Source: Pyrinomonadaceae bacterium
GTDB taxonomy: Bacteria; Acidobacteriota; Blastocatellia; Pyrinomonadales; Pyrinomonadaceae
Direction: 5' to 3'
DNA length: 64,000 nt
NCBI GenBank assembly: GCA_036794905.1
Contig: DAIRFV010000003.1
Span: 3,866-67,865, forward strand
Shown here piece after piece: positions 63,685-64,000 of the stretch. Position numbers and translations under genes: made by a program. Position 1 is the stretch's first letter, and every line of letters begins with the position of its first letter. Under the pieces are notes generated by a model, which did no database searches, was not told the DNA's origin, and saw only the letters and a program-made list of their open reading frames with translations.

Positions 63685-63792
63685 TAGGCAGTCGGCAGTC
63701 GCTCCGCGTCGTGACGCACGTTGAGAAGTAGAATGACAGTTTCCGACAGCGGCGCTCTCAACTGCCGACTGCCATCTGCCTCCTGCCTACTA
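63682..63792. repeat. Heptad-periodic hairpin element (GGCAGTC/GGCAGAT arms)
   Basis: Left arm TAGTAGGCAGTCGGCAGT (63682-63699). The reverse complement of the right arm (63761-63792) is TAGTAGGCAGgaggcagatggcagTCGGCAGT, identical apart from exactly two extra heptads. Confidence 0.8.
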
Positions 63793-63810
63793 TTTTTTAG
63801 GAGCCGCTGA

Positions 63811-64000
63811 ATGAACAACGCTTCGACGGCCGACGGCCCCGGACAGGATGGGCCGAAAGACGCCGAGCCTTTCTTCCCCTCGGAAGGCACTTTCAACGCG
63901 GTCGTCCCACTGTCGGAGGTGGGCCGCGCCCCCGCGCCCCTCCCTCCGGTGGACGCCGCGGCGGCCGAGTCCGCCTCTGCGCGCGATGCACACCGCGCGG
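63811..64000 (+). CDS. Hypothetical protein, 5' fragment (runs off the window)
   Basis: The ATG at 63811 is preceded by AGGAG with an 8-nt spacer. The frame is open to the window end (MNNASTADGPGQDGPKDAEPFFPSEGTFNAVVPLSEV...). Too short to assign a function. Confidence 0.45.
   Translation, partial: MNNASTADGPGQDGPKDAEPFFPSEGTFNAVVPLSEVGRAPAPLPPVDAAAAESASARDAHRA

Overview
This is a 64 kb, very GC-rich window (roughly 70% by eye). It is gene-dense, and almost every gene from 1 to 53.5 kb lies on the minus strand. I could not identify the organism. I found no rRNA, tRNA, CRISPR array, transposase or integrase.

Contents, left to right:
1. 1-7619: a lasso-peptide (RiPP) gene cluster. In transcription order (minus strand) it encodes a PqqD-like B1, a transglutaminase-like B2 protease and an asparagine-synthetase-like cyclase. 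These are followed by a 59-aa precursor that the ORF track missed, an HPr-kinase-like kinase, a 2OG-Fe(II) oxygenase, a PRMT-like methyltransferase and an ABC exporter cut by the window edge.
2. 7747-37126: a roughly 29 kb co-directional Wzx/Wzy-type polysaccharide locus. It holds gmd, a WecA/MraY-type priming transferase, 11 further glycosyltransferases and 8 methyltransferases. It also holds a flippase, a polymerase-like membrane protein, a Wzc-like tyrosine autokinase and a Wza-like exporter. A LuxR-type regulator sits just upstream.
3. 37904-38696: an AT-richer island with no convincing coding sequence, followed by an orphan Hpt gene.
4. 38992-41467: a second, unusual three-gene module. 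It encodes an HprK-like kinase, a PqqD-like protein fused to an internal signal-like segment and a 6-Cys tail, and a PF14907-type nucleotidyltransferase. I consider this the best candidate for an undescribed system.
5. 41548-58677: a 1460-aa PATR/Calx-beta/LTD surface protein, GH2 and GH3 hydrolases, an Nramp-like transporter, a serine hydrolase, a secreted hypothetical protein and a PQQ-dependent dehydrogenase.
6. 58727-64000: hypothetical genes and the start of a second polysaccharide-export locus (a TPR-Wza fusion).

A family of intergenic hairpins whose arms are tandem heptanucleotide repeats recurs five times. All family assignments rest on motifs read by eye from the translations. No database search was possible.
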